From the NCBI GenBank assembly GCA_002269645.1, contig NIVC01000800.1, forward strand, positions 1 through 64,000: a stretch of DNA of 64,000 nt, in the 5' to 3' direction. Numbering within the stretch: position 1 is the first letter of the stretch; every line of letters starts with the position of its first letter. Below are positions 1 to 21,742 of the stretch, in pieces. Under the pieces are notes generated by a model. It did not search any database. It had not been told where the DNA came from and was given only the letters and a program-made list of their open reading frames with translations. The stretch is from Macrostomum lignano. Lineage: Eukaryota. The translations under genes and the position numbers were made by a program.

Positions 1-425
1 GTTTGGGATTTGAAGGTTGGGATCTGAGGTTTGGGATTTGGAACTGAGGTTTGGGATCTTGAAGGTTTGGGATTTTCGGATTTTGAGGTTTGCGATCTGG
101 GGTGTAGGATTTCGGAACTGAAGTTTGGAAGCGGGGGTTGGTGATTTTAGATTTGGGATTGAAGGTTTGAGATTTTGGATTGGATAATTAGGATATTGGA
201 TTGGATAATTGGGATCTTGGATTGGATAATTGGGATCTTGGGTTGGATACTTGGGATCTTGGTTTGGATAATTGGGATCTTGGATTGGATAATTGGGATC
301 TTGGGTTGGATAATTGGGATCTTGGATTGGATAATTGGGATTTTGGATTGGATAATTGGGATTTTGGATTCGATAATTGGGATCTTGGTTTGGATGATTG
401 GGATTTTCGATTTGAGATCCGAGAT
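1..425. repeat. Degenerate ~21-bp GGGATCTTGGATTGGATAATT minisatellite (REV3L intron)
   Basis: Visible periodicity, clearest at 170-400. Confidence 0.8.
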
Positions 426-493
426 CTGGGATCAGGAAGGGGAGTTTGTATTACGATAACAAAAAGGCAGCCTTATTAACGTCTCAGTCATAC

Positions 494-8850
<8,357 letters not shown>

Positions 8851-9149
8851 GGCTGCTGCCGGGCAAGACCGGGCTGTAACAGACAACAGGTGCCGCTGTT
8901 GCTAGGGGCCGAGCTCAACTCCTACTAGCAACCCCGCCCCTCAGTCCGAGATGAAACTTCTGTCTCTACCGCGACGTGTCCTGTGCTATGCAGGAGTTGG
9001 CTGAGATTGCATTGTCAACTCTCTCTGAGTTCAGCTTCTCAAAATAAATAAATGGAATTGAACGAATCGTTCAGATACACAGACACAGGTAGCCAGATGG
9101 GGTACTTGGATAGGGATAATAGACAGACAGAAAGTAGGAGGCAGACAGA

Positions 9150-9151
9150 AG

Positions 9152-9182
<31 letters not shown>

Positions 9183-9191
9183 TGATAGATG

Positions 9192-9234
<43 letters not shown>

Positions 9235-9250
9235 GGATAGATAGATAGAC

Positions 9251-9298
<48 letters not shown>

Positions 9299-9367
9299 GG
9301 ATAAATAGATAGATAGATGGATAGATAGATAGATAGATAGATAGATGGATAAATAGATAGATAGATG

Positions 9368-9424
<57 letters not shown>

Positions 9425-9589
9425 TAGATAGATAGATGGATCGATAGATGGATAGATTGATAGATAGATAGATAGATAGATGGATCGATAAATAGATGGA
9501 TAGATAGATAGATAGTAGATAGATAGATGGATAAATAGATAGATAGATGGATAGATAGATAGATAGATAGATGGATCGATAGATAGATG

Positions 9590-9624
<35 letters not shown>

Positions 9625-9641
9625 GGATAGATAGATAGATG

Positions 9642-9672
<31 letters not shown>

Positions 9673-9805
9673 GGATAGATAGATAGATAGATAGATAGAT
9701 GGATAGATAGATAGATGGATAGATAGATAGATAGATAGATAGATGGATAGATAGATAGATGGATAGATAGATAGATAGATAGATAGATGGATAGATAGAT
9801 AGATG

Positions 9806-9848
<43 letters not shown>

Positions 9849-9865
9849 GGATAGATAGATAGATG

Positions 9866-9904
<39 letters not shown>

Positions 9905-9915
9905 GGATAGATGGA
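9150..9915. repeat. (GATA)n/(GATG) microsatellite, ~760 bp
   Basis: Direct inspection. Confidence 0.97.
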
Positions 9916-11330
9916 TCGATATATGCACAGCCTACGCAAACAGCACAAGCGCAACAAAGGAGAGAAGAGCAGCGAGTCCCAGCGGCTTATTAATAGGCCA
10001 CAGCTCAACACTGCGGCAGTGCAGGACAACGGGGCTCCATGCGGAGCAGGCCTTCGTATTGGACCATCATTTATTTCGCGCTTTGCTTTGCAATTCGTGT
10101 CAGTCACACCTTAAATTTGAAATTAAAACACTGCTAAGCAACAGACAGTTTTCAACAGCAGATGAGCAAAGGCGAGTCGTCGGCAGGACGCGCGGTCGGG
10201 GCAGTCATGGGGAAGTTTGCACTTAATGGTCACCGTCACCGCAGGCGGAGGGGCGCGAATGCTTGCTACAGGTAAACAAGAAATAATGGATAGTAAAAAA
10301 TATAAAAAAACCACAGCATCACTGAGGCAGCCGACACCTGGCAATGCTGACCGCAGCCCCCAGCTCAGGCGGGAGGCACCCCAGCCAACACAGGTAAAAT
10401 AGGAAAGAAGTACTGACTCTAGACGAGATGTCGTGGTAAAAGTCACCAAAAAGTCGTCCAAGATTCAAGAGTCTGGGGTCGTACACTCGCGGTAGAATCA
10501 CCGAGAATTACGTCTGAAGCACATTAGCGTCACTATATTGACAGAATCGCTAATACTCATGGACGACTTTTTGTGACTCTTTTACAATCCCGCAACTCAC
10601 GTGATGCGCTCGCGACTCAACAGTCGTTAAAAAGTCACAAGTATCACCCCTTAGAGTCGCTAGAGTCACAAGTGGGTTGTTTGCAATGACTCGTTAGAGC
10701 GATTCTTGTCACGGCGGTAACGTTTTCAACTGACTGACAGAAGACAAGCCAGAGCGACTGCGATAAAAAAACCATTATCGATTATCACACACGCGCTATA
10801 ATCAGCGATGAAGCGAATAAACACGAAATCGGACTAAATTATATAAGGCAATTTTGCGTATAATGCTACTAGCCAAATCACAGCTGAGTAGCATATCGCT
10901 TAGCAAGTTCAGAGAAGGAAAATTCGAAGTTCAGTTCAGTATGCATGAATTATGAGCTCTCCGATGGAAGACGGCAACTTCAGTTGCACAGCTAAATAGC
11001 ATGAACTGAATTTATAGAAAAACACAAGCTAAATATGAATCAAAAATCTATTATTTATGAATCAGGCATGCTGTAACTGTCATGTACACGCAAAAAACGG
11101 AATAGATAATCAGAGAAAGTTGAGGATCAGGAAAAAGAAATAGACAAATAAAAATTTGCCACAGGAATGTACACACACAGGATTAAATTAGCATCTTATC
11201 TTCGTTAAAAACAACACCACCCCCAGTGCAGTCTGACTGACTACTGAAAGTAGCGAGGAAAGAGCAGAAGAAAACTGGCGAGCGCGGGGCGGGGAGAGAG
11301 AAGGGGAGGCTGCGCTGGGGCGGCCCGTCA

Positions 11331-14300
11331 TCACTTTTCGGACTTGACGCTGCCGTTGCTGAGCGACGCCATGGGGATCTGGTTGCTGTTGTGGTCGGCC
11401 TTGGCGCCGCCGTCGCCCGCACCGCCGCTGCCGCCGCCCAGGCTGGGGTCGGAAGCGACCCGCCTGCTGTACACCGTGTCTTCTTCGTCTGAGCTCAGGC
11501 TGAAGCTCATGCGGCCGCCGGACTCGTTGCCATTGTTCAGCGGGGCGTAGAACACCTGCGGGTTGGGGCGGCCGGAGTCTTTGTGCCTGGCCTGAACTGC
11601 TGCCTGGCCTCCAATATACTTTCTATCCCAAGCATTTCAATCACCTACTCTCTCCCACTCGCCCTTTCCTTTAAGCAAAAACAACCGGAAGCACCAACCG
11701 GAAGCACCAAGGACACAACCGGAAGCACCAAGGACACAACTGGAAGCACCAAGAACACAAATGGAAGCACCAAGAACACAGCCGGAAGCGCCAAGAACAC
11801 AAATGGAAGCACCAAGAACACAAATGGAAGCACCAAGGACACAACCGGAAGCACCAAGGACACAACTGGAAGCACCAAGAACACAAATGGAAGCACCAAG
11901 AACACAGCCGGAAGCGCCAAGAACACAAATGGAAGCACCAAGAACACAACCGGAAGCACCAAGAACACAACCGGAAGCACCAAGGACACAACTGGAAGCA
12001 CCAAGAACACAAAAGGAAGCACCAAGAACACAACCGGAAGCACCAAGAACACAACCGGAAGCACCAAGGACACAACTGGAAGCACCAAGAACACAAAAGG
12101 AAGCACCAAGAACACAACCGGAAGCACCAAGAACACAACCGGAAGCACAAAGAACACAACCGGGAGCACCAAGTAGACCACCAGAAGCATCATAAACACA
12201 ACCGGAAGCACCAAAAAGACAACCGAAAGCAGCAGAAGGCCTGAAATTAAGAAATACTCCTCTCACCTTATCCCTTGACCCGCCACCGCCAGCCATCATA
12301 GCCGCAGCTTTCCTCAGCCGGCGAACTTTGCTGCCGCTGCCCGTCCGCAGGTGAGCAGCCGCAGCCGCAGCACTGGCCCGCCGATAGCGTAGGCAGCAGT
12401 ACAGCAGCCAGACCGCGGCGCAGAAGCCCAGCAGGCTGATGGTCACCCCCAGAGACACGTACACCACCGACCAGTCGCAGTTGGACTCGCCGTCGCCGAA
12501 TCGAACACGCAGCGGATTCTCCATCCAGAAGGAGGCGCAGACGCACTGTCTGGTGGAATTGTCGCAGTAGCCCCTGTCCGAGCAGCCCAGCTGGCAGACC
12601 TCCGTGTGCAGCTCCAGCACCGGGAACTCCAGCAGGGTGGCTGGCAGCCGGCGCTTCAACACGGCGGCCAGCCGAGGTCCCGGCAGGTAGGTGCCGTTGG
12701 CGAAGCCGGCCGACAGGCGCATGACGATGCTGGCCTGCCTCGGCCGCAGACCCAGCAGGCGCAGGTTGCAGCCGGGGTGCGGGCCGCGCAGAGTCAGCTG
12801 CATCTGCGACATCAGGTTGGACAGGTCCGACTGGCGCAGTGCCGACGGGTCCGCCCGAAGCTCAAGGCTGGCCACCGAGGCGGCGTGCGGCCAGGGCCGG
12901 ACAAGGATGGCTGCATCGGCAGTCCCGGTGGCGCCTTCGGAGTCCTTGACGGTCAGGCGGAAACTGTAGCGGCCGGGCAGCAGGCCGAGCAGCAGCAGGC
13001 GGGGCGACGCGTCCGACCCGTTCAGCACCTGCCCGACGGCCAGGGAGACGTCTTGCCTGCGGCGGGTCGGAGTCGGGGGTCATTTAAGGTCAATTAGCGC
13101 TGGAATGAGGCCATCTGGGGTCATTCTTCACTTTCTAAGAAATCAGGTCACTCATTCTATCTGAAAAATGGGGTCATCTGGGGTTACTTTAAGGGATCAT
13201 CTAGAGGTCATTCTGAGTTCAGCCTACACTATGCAGGTATAATGCGGTCATCTAAGGTCGCTGTCCGACCTCCGAATAGCCAACAATCCCCGCACGGCGC
13301 ACCTGGTCCACTTGTACTCCACAATGCCCTTATCGTCCCAGCTCTTGGAGCCGTCAAGCGCAACCAACGTAGCCCCGGTGCCGTCCATGTCGACAACCCG
13401 ATCGCCGCCGGCATCGGCCTTCGGCGCCTGATTGGGGCCCGGCTTGACCGTGACGGTGACCACCGCCGATCCAACGCCGCCGTCCAGATCGACAGCCTCG
13501 GCTCGCAGCTTGTAGACTCCGGCCTGCAGGTTGGTGAGGGTGACGCTGGGCTGGGTGGCGTTGGCCAGCTTCGCGCTGCCGGGGCCGGTCAGCAGAGTCC
13601 AGCGCCACGACTTCACGCCGGTGTCGTCAACGGCAGACGCGTTCAGCACCAGACGGGTGAGCGGCAGTTCGACCTGAAATTTCATAGCGTTGGGTGGCGC
13701 ATAGCTTTTTAAATTTGTAAATCTCGTACTTTTGTGAATTTTGTGTACTTTTGAATTTTGTGTACTTTTGTGCTTTATATGTACTTTCGTGAATTTTTGT
13801 GTACTTTTGTGTATTATATGTATTTTTTGCATCATATGTTCTTTTGTGACTTTTGTGCATTATATGTACTTTTGTGACTTTTGTTTACTTTGTGCATTAT
13901 ATGTACTTTCGTGAATTTCGTGTACTTTAATGCATTTTATGTACTTTTTGTGCATGTTTGTTTTAAACTCTAAACATGATTTTGACCATTTTTTGCATCG
14001 TTCCTCCCATCATATGTACATTATATCCCCTGTGTATATCCTAATATACACTGTACATTCTAAGTAACAGGTTTAAATTTTAGTTTAAGCAGATACAATG
14101 AAATCACTGACGCCAACTCACAGTCAGCTCTGGGGGCAGCAGTGTCACCACTGGCAAAGCATTCTTAGGCCTGCGCTTAACCAGCACGTTGACGGTTGCC
14201 GAGTCCGTCTGGCCGCGGGCGTCAGTGACGGTCAGTTCGAATGCGTAATCGCCTTCGACCAGGCCGGACAAGTGCAGGACTGGCGTGTGCACTCCCTGCG

Positions 14301-17300
14301 GTGGGGTGGCGGGGAGTCGTCAAGTGCACTTGTGCGAGCTTAGCTTACTAGGAAATAGAAAGTGCTTTGAAATATTTTAATGAAAATGGGTAATGTAACA
14401 TTTTTTATCGGCCTAAATACCGGAAATTGGTGCTTTGAAGGCCTAATCTAAAGGCCTTTATAAAGGAAGTTGATTTTATAAAGGCCGAAAGTTGATGCTT
14501 TAAATGGTCTAATATTAAGATCGGAAGTTATTGCTTTAAATGCCGGAATTTGATGCTTCAAATGCCCGAAGTTAATGTTTTAAATGCCGGAAGTTGATGC
14601 TTTAAGGCCGGAAGTCGTTGCTTTGAATGACCTAATCTCAAGACCGGAAGTTGATTCTTTAAAGACCGGAAGTTGTTGCTTTGAATGACCTAATCGCAAG
14701 ACCGGAAGTTGTTGCTTTGAATGACCTAATCGCAAGACCGGAAGTTGTTGCTTTGAATGACCTAATCTCAAGACCGGAAATCGATGCAATAAAATTGCGT
14801 AATTTAATGACCGGAAGCTGGTGCAAAAAGGGCAAAATAAACGATACTAATCAAAGCAGACAGACAGCCTACCTGCATATCGGCGCTAAGATGGCTGCCC
14901 CCTTTCTGCCGCCACATATAGCTGACAATGCCGTGATCATCTGTGCTGGCATTGCCGTACAGAGTGATGTTATTCTGAGGCAGGTAGATGACGCTGCTCT
15001 GGCCAGCGCTGGCCTTGGGCTTGTCGTCCGGCTCGGGAATGACGGTGATGTTTGCCGTGGCCGAATCGCTCAAACCTTTGGCGTCCTGCACAGTCAGTCG
15101 GATCACGTAGAAGCCGGCTTTGAGTTTGTTCAACTGGAGGATCTGCTGGTCCTGGGAGACGCTGTGCAAATCCTGGGCCGTCAGCGGGCCGTCCACCACC
15201 TGCCAGTGGTAGGACTCGATCTTCTGGTCTCCGTCAACGCTGCCGCTGCCGTCCAGGATGACGTTGTTGGGCAGCTGGATGGATAAGGATGCCGGTTTGA
15301 TCACCGCCTTTGGCGGCTTGCTCTTGTGCTTCGCCGGTTTCACCGTTACCATGACAACGGCTTTGCCAACGCGATTCGAATCCGTTTTGTCAGTGACGTC
15401 GACCTGCGAGTAATTGGGAAAGGATTTGCACACATCCTGTATCTATATCACACACACTCGGATGTAGATACGAGTATAGAGGATTGGCACACAACTGACC
15501 GGAAGTAGAGACAGAGGATTGCCCCGCAACTGACCGGAAGTAGAGATAGAGGATTTGCACACAACTGACCGGAAGTAGAGATAGAGGATTTGCACACAAC
15601 TGACCGGAAGTAGAGATAGAGGATTTGCACACAACTGACCGGAAGTAGAGATAGAGGATTTGCACACAACTGACCGGAAGTAGAGAGAGAGGATTTGCAC
15701 AAAACTGACCGGAAGTGGATAATAGAGGATTTGCACACTAACGACCGGAAGTAGAGATAGAGGATTTGAACAAAACTGACCGGAAGTGGATAATAGAGGA
15801 TTTGCACACTAACGACCGGAAGTAGAGATAGAGGATTTGCACACAACTGACCGGAAGTAGAGATAGAGGATTTGCACACAACTGACCGGAAGTAGAGATA
15901 GAGGATTTGCACACAACTGACCGGAAGTAGAGATAGAGGATTTGCACACAACTGACCGGAAGTAGAGATAGAGGATTTGCACACAACTGACCGGAAGTAG
16001 AGATATCTAGAGGATTTGCACACAACTGACCGGAAGTAGAGATAGGGGATTTGCACACAACTGACCGGAAGTAGAGATAGAGGATTTGCACACAACTGAC
16101 AGGAAGTAGAGATAGGGGATTTGCACACTAATGACCGGAAGTGGGTTGAGGATTCGCGCACTAATGACCGGGAATGGTTTAAGGAATTGCAAACTAATGA
16201 CCGGAAGTGGATACAGAGGATTTAACACTAATGAACGGAAGGTGTGGATAGAGGACTATTCATTATGTGCTTAAATTAGCTAATCTACTAATAGTAGACT
16301 ACTAAGTAGCAATTGTTTTTCCCTTGTCTCTAAGTGAAAAAATATATATGTAAAAATTATTCACAGTTTAATCCTAGTCAAAGTTAATTCTTTCGAGACT
16401 CGCACAAGTTTGAGTAACTCGGTTTAGTAAAGTGAGGAAAAAGAAACACTTCAGTGAACGGAGACTAGGGGTAGAAAGTGTGCAGCATAGCTTGGCAACG
16501 CAGGGGCTGGGGCACGCAAACTATTAGAACTACAACAGCGAGGAAGCCTTATAACTACAACCCACCCCCACACAAGCAGCCAGCCAATTAATTCTTTAGC
16601 GCCAGAACGGAATGGGCCAGTTGGTAAAAGTGCACTCAACTCAGAGAGTCAAGTCGCGTCCTTGACTTCACTATGTGGCGAATATTGAATAGTAGACAGT
16701 ATTGCAACTTTATTGAAAAAGCTTGAAAGCTTCAGCAGTTAGAAAAATGACAACACACGCCGTACAAAGTTGGAGAAATGTCTACTTATAAAAAATTGAA
16801 TTAATAAACTCTTTATTTTAGTGGGCCAGTTTAACATTTCAGATCAATTTCAATTTGACCAAATCCCTGAGTGCTCCAATTCAATATCGAACCCCAGGTA
16901 TGCCAGGGGTCAATATCGAATCCCAGGTATGCCAGGAGTCAATATCGAATCCCAGGTATGCCAGGAGTCAATATCGAATCCCAGGTATGCCAGGGGTCAA
17001 TATCGAATCCCAGGTATGCCAGGAGTCAATATCGAATCCCAGGTATGCCAGGAGTCAATATCGAATCCCAGGTATGCCAGGAGTCAATATCGAATCCCAG
17101 GTATGCCAGGAGTCAATATCGAATCCCAGGTATGCCAGGGGTCAATATCGAATCCCAGGTATGCCAGGAGTCAATATCGAATCCCAGGTATGCCAGGAGT
17201 CAATATCGAATCCCAGGTATGCCAGGAGTCAATATTTAATCCCAGGTATGCCAGGAGTCAATATCGAATCCCAGGTATGCCAGGAGTCAATATTTAATCC

Positions 17301-20300
17301 CAGGTATGCCAGGAGTCAATATCGAATCCCAGGTATGCCAGGGTCAATATCTAATCCCAGGTATGCCAGGGTCAATATCTAATCCCAGGTATGCCAGGAG
17401 TCAATATCAAATCCCAGGTACTCCAGGGGTCAATATCAAATCCCAGGTACTCCAGGGGTCAATATCAAATCCCAGGTACTCCAGGGGTCAATATCGAATC
17501 CCAGGTATGCCAGGGGTCAATATCGAATTCCAGGTGCCCCAAGGGTCAATATCGAATCCCAGGTATGCCAGGGGTCAATATCGAACCCCAGGTATGCTAG
17601 GGGTCAATATCGAATCCCAGGTATGCCAGGGGTCAAGTTGAAACCCCAGGTATGCCAGGGGTCAATATCGAATCCCAGGTATGCCAGGGGTCAATATCTA
17701 ATCCCAGGTATGCCAGGAGTCAATATCGAACCCCAGGTATGCCAGGGGTCAAGTTGAAACCCCAGGTATGCCAGTCAGCAGAGGATAAGCTCACCTGCAG
17801 CACGTATTTGCCTTCAACCAGCTCGCTAAGCTTCAGGCTAGCTGTGTTGCGGTTTTGGAACTGGCCCTTCCTGGGTCCGGAGATCACCTTCCACGAGTAC
17901 GCCAGACGCTTGGCCGCGGCCCCCGTGGGCTCCGGGATGATGGAGGCGTGCAGCTCGATGCTGTTGAGAGGCAGCTCGATGGTGCGGTTGCTGCCGGCGC
18001 TGACAATGAGCTGCTCGCGCTTGCTCGGAGCTGGGCGCGGGAAAAGGGAAGCGGAGAGGGCGCCAATGCAATTAAACTGCGCGGGTGTTAGTCCCCAGGT
18101 TGATTCACAAGCACGAATTTGAGCATGTGAAATAAAAATAAAATATTCTGGTGTTTCATGGAAAATCCGAGATTATTGATCAAAATCATCTCATACCTCA
18201 GAGGGTAAATAAACTGGTCAAAAACCACAAAACTTAAGTGATATAAATTATTTTTCGTAAATCGCAAATCGAAAAAATGAAATAAAATTCAATGCCCAGA
18301 TTTACATGCAGTTAATAATAGACTTTTTTTAAAACTGACTTGTAAACTTGAATCTAAATTATCATTATATCAATCCCACAATCCCAAAATCACAATTCCA
18401 GATTACCAGAATCCTAATTCCAGATTCCCGCAATCCAAAATCTAGAATACCATTATCCCAACTTCAGAATATTATTATCCCAACTCCAGAATATCATTAT
18501 CCCAACTGCAGAATATCATTATCCCAACTCCAGAATCTCCTTATCCCAACTGCAGAATGCCAACAATCTCAGTCTAGAGTGCTTCGCCAAACCTTTTTGC
18601 GGCAAACGATTTGAAATTGATTGACAATACAGAGCCAAAGCACAATAGTGAAGGGCTATGGTCTGCAGCACAGCAACTCAGCACGGGTATTGTCAAACAA
18701 TTTGCTTGGCTAAATTAGGCTACACTAATAAACTGGAGCCACTGTTGCTGGGGGGATTATAAATGCATTATAGAAGAAGTTCAGAAGCCCAGCTGGAGCA
18801 GGTCTCCCTGGATCAAGAGGATTAAGCTAACTAAAGAAAATAGAAACTTAGAGGCAGCTTGAGGGCAGTCTCGCAGGCACGTAAGGAGTACGAGCCATTG
18901 TGAACTCAATAGAATAAAGTAACTCGTATATAACTACTGCATATCGATCTGTGCCGAATGAAATGCCCGAAGCCGCTCTGAGCAGGGAAGCGGGGGGGGG
19001 AGACCCGGTTACTTACTAGAGCTGCTCAAAGCTGTCTCTTCTTAATCCTCAGTGGGTAAAAATGATTAGATTAGATTAGCAGAAGGCTAAGGCAGTAAGC
19101 ATGTCATTATGGTTAGCGCCAGGGTGAGAGGGTTAGGCTGGTTGACTTAATCACGTCAAATCACTCAGGTCGAACTCCGAACCTGCGCAGTGCAATTAAC
19201 AACAAAAAATCGAAAAAATCCAAGAAACAAAGGAAAATTCTAACTGGTTGCTGGCGGCGCGGTGGTGCCGGAGACAGCGGCTGAGTCTGTTGGCTGCTCA
19301 GACGAGTTTGAGCCAGCCGCAGGAGTTGCAGAAGTTGCTGAAGCAACTGTGTCGCCTGTTTCTGCAGAAGCCGACTCGTTGCTTTTGCCTGCCGCTGTTT
19401 GAGTTGTCACGCTATTGGCAGCTGGGCATGATGTGTGCGTTTGTGAAATTATTATTAATAACGGGTTATTAGCATTGTTACTTTTAAATAAAATCAAGAC
19501 AACATTAAATATTAAGTATTTTAAATATAATAGACGAGTCACCATGGCATAGCGAAAGCTTAGTTAGAATGTGAAGTTATTAACAAAAATAAATGGACTA
19601 AATGGTCAAGTGAAAGCTTATATAGCTACAGCCCCGAACACTGCCTATGCAGTCAGTCACAGTTTTACTAATTTGATTTCAAATTTTAACTGTTTGGCAA
19701 GCGGGTTTAATAACATAATCCGTGTCTAAAAATTAAATATGCAATGTTGAACATTCTGGATTTTTAGCAATGCATTCTGTCACCATCCGCTTCGCTTCAT
19801 GTCACTATCCGCCCTTCTCCGGTAACTATCCGCCCTTCTCCTGTCCCTATTCGCCCACCTCCTGTCCCTATCCGCCCTCCTCCTGTACCTATCCGCCCTC
19901 CTCCTGTACCTATCCGCCCTCCTCCTGTACCTATCCGCCCTCCTCCTGTACCTATCCGCCCTCCTGTCACTATCCGCCCTCCTGTACCTATCCGCCCTCC
20001 TCCTGTCACTATCCGCCCTCCTCCTGTCACCATCCGCTTCTCTTCATGTCACTATCCGCCCTTCTCCTGTCCCTATTCGCCCACCTCCTGTCCCTATCCG
20101 CCCTCCTCCTGTCACTATCCGCCCTCCAGTACCTATCCGCCCTCCTCCTGTCACTATCCGCCCTCCTCCTGTCACCATCCGCTTCTCTTCATGTCACTAT
20201 CCGCCCTTCTCCTGTCCCTATTCGCCCACCTCCTGTCCCTATCCGCCCTCCTCCTGTCACTATCCGCCCTCCTGTACCTATCCGCCCTCCTCCTGTCACT

Positions 20301-21742
20301 ATCCGCCCTCCTCCTGTCACCATCCGCTTCTCTTCATGTCACTATCCGCCCTTCTCCTGTCCCTATTCGCCCACCTCCTGTCCCTATCCGCCCTCCTCCT
20401 GTCCCTATCCGCCCTCCTCCTGTACCTATCGGCCCTCCTCCTGTCACTATCCGCCCTTCTCCTGTCACTATCCGCCCTCCTCCTGTCACTATCCGCCCTT
20501 CTCCTGTCACCATCCGCTTCTCTTCATGAATCATGTCACTATCCGCCCTTCTCCTGTCACTATCCGCCCTTCTCATGTCACTATCCGCTTCTCTTTATGT
20601 CACTATCCGCCCTTCTCCTGTCACTATCCGCTTCTCTTTATGTCACTATCCGCCCTTCTCCTGTCACTATCCGCTTCTCTTCATGTCACTATCCGCTCTT
20701 CTCCTGTCACTATCCGCCCTCCTCCTGTCACTATCCGCCCTCTTCCTGTCACTATCCGCCCTCTTCCTATCCCTATCCGTCCCTCTTCCTGTCAATATCC
20801 GCCCTCTTCCTATCCCTATCCGCCCCTCTTCCTGTCACTATCCGCCCCTCTTCCTGTCACTATCAGTCACCTTTTCTGTTTCTTAAACCCTCTACCTCTC
20901 TACCCCTTACTTTCCGCTCTCTACCCCTCTCTTTCCGCTCTCTACCACGCACCCTCCAATCAACAAAAAAAATCTAGGGAACAGAGCTAAGTAAAGCAAT
21001 AAACATAAATACTAAAATCTAAACCGCAAGCAAAAGCCTCACCAGTTGTGACAGCAGTAGCAGTGGGCGCCGCTGTGGTAGCAGCAGCCGCGGTAGTCAC
21101 GACTAGCGGCGCCGGCTGGCACCCGCTGGGGGACCGCCGGACGAAGCCGCTGCGACATTCGCAGAAGCCCTCGCTGCCGCTGCCGCTATCCGAGGCGCCG
21201 AAGTTGCACTCTTCGCCAGGGCCGCAGTCGCCCAGGGTGCTCATGCTGCAGGATTTCTTAGCCTGGCAGGCTGAGCTCATGCAGTAGTGCCCGTCGCCGC
21301 AGGCGGAGTCGCTGCCGGCGGCGCACACGGAGCGCAGCGGCAGGTAGACGGCCTTGTCGGCATCGGCAGATTTTCGCCGGCGAGGCTGACAGGCCAGCGC
21401 CGATCGGCAGCTGACGATGAAGCACTCGCTCTTGTACAGCAGGGCCGAGTGGCAGCCGGGGTTGGCGCAGCACAGGCTGGCGCAGCCCGGCAAGTCGCTG
21501 ATGTTGGCGAATTTCTTGTACACGCCCGCCAGCTTACCGGAGCGCGGGGCGGCCCGCGGCAGACCGTCCAGCCGGAGCAGCTGCGGCTTCGGCAGAGCGC
21601 AGGCGTCGACGCCATCGCCAGCAATGCCGGCAGCGGAATTTGCCGGCACTTCGACTGCGGTTGCCATGGGAACCACTATTATTGTTGCCGTTGCTAGGGC
21701 AACTGTCAGAGCCAGCAGAGGTCTATTAGATAATAAAGGCAT
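11331..21742 (-). CDS. KIAA0319L: KIAA0319/KIAA0319L-like type I membrane protein (signal peptide, MANEC-like Cys domain, PKD repeats, C6 region, TM)
   Basis: Exons 21742-21043, 19421-19245, 18030-17795, 15403-14873, 14295-14122, 13673-13303, 13056-12267, 11555-11331, all phase-compatible. Contains [16 protein letters not shown] (MANEC-like), several PKD repeats ([73 protein letters not shown]), C6 region [55 protein letters not shown], and cytoplasmic [11 protein letters not shown]. Paralog assignment is not resolvable. Confidence 0.92.
11690..12235. repeat. 21-bp GGAAGCACCAAGAACACAACC minisatellite (KIAA0319-like last intron)
   Basis: Period 21; lies between donor 12266 and acceptor 11556. 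Confidence 0.92.
14470..14820. repeat. ACCGGAAG-containing ~36-bp minisatellite (intron)
   Basis: GACCGGAAGTTGTTGCTTTGAATGACCTAATCGCAA at 14664, 14700, 14736, plus degenerate copies. Confidence 0.8.
15480..16250. repeat. 35-bp minisatellite ACTGACCGGAAGTAGAGATAGAGGATTTGCACACA (intron)
   Basis: Period 35, ~20 copies. Confidence 0.95.
16880..17775. repeat. 29-bp minisatellite AATATCGAATCCCAGGTATGCCAGGAGTC (intron)
   Basis: Period 29, ~30 copies. Confidence 0.95.
19790..20870. repeat. ~21-bp CCTCCTCCTGTCACTATCCGC minisatellite with higher-order blocks (intron)
   Basis: Direct inspection. Confidence 0.9.

Noticed and set aside
1-425. Telomeric repeat at window start
   Set aside because: G-rich but not TTAGGG-type; it lies within a REV3L intron.
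9031-10107. Long ORFs across simple repeats (also 11583-12176, 16855-17382, 19770-20990, 26707-28266, 57542-58351, 61194-62378)
   Set aside because: They are open only because the repeat unit lacks stops; they lie in introns or intergenic DNA and encode no recognisable domain.
11637-13028. 463-aa ORF as a complete protein
   Set aside because: It is KIAA0319-like exon 7 reading through the donor at 12266 into the intronic 21-bp repeat.
15480-17775. CRISPR-like arrays (35-bp and 29-bp units)
   Set aside because: Units are head-to-tail with no unique spacers, lie inside a eukaryotic intron, and no cas genes are present.
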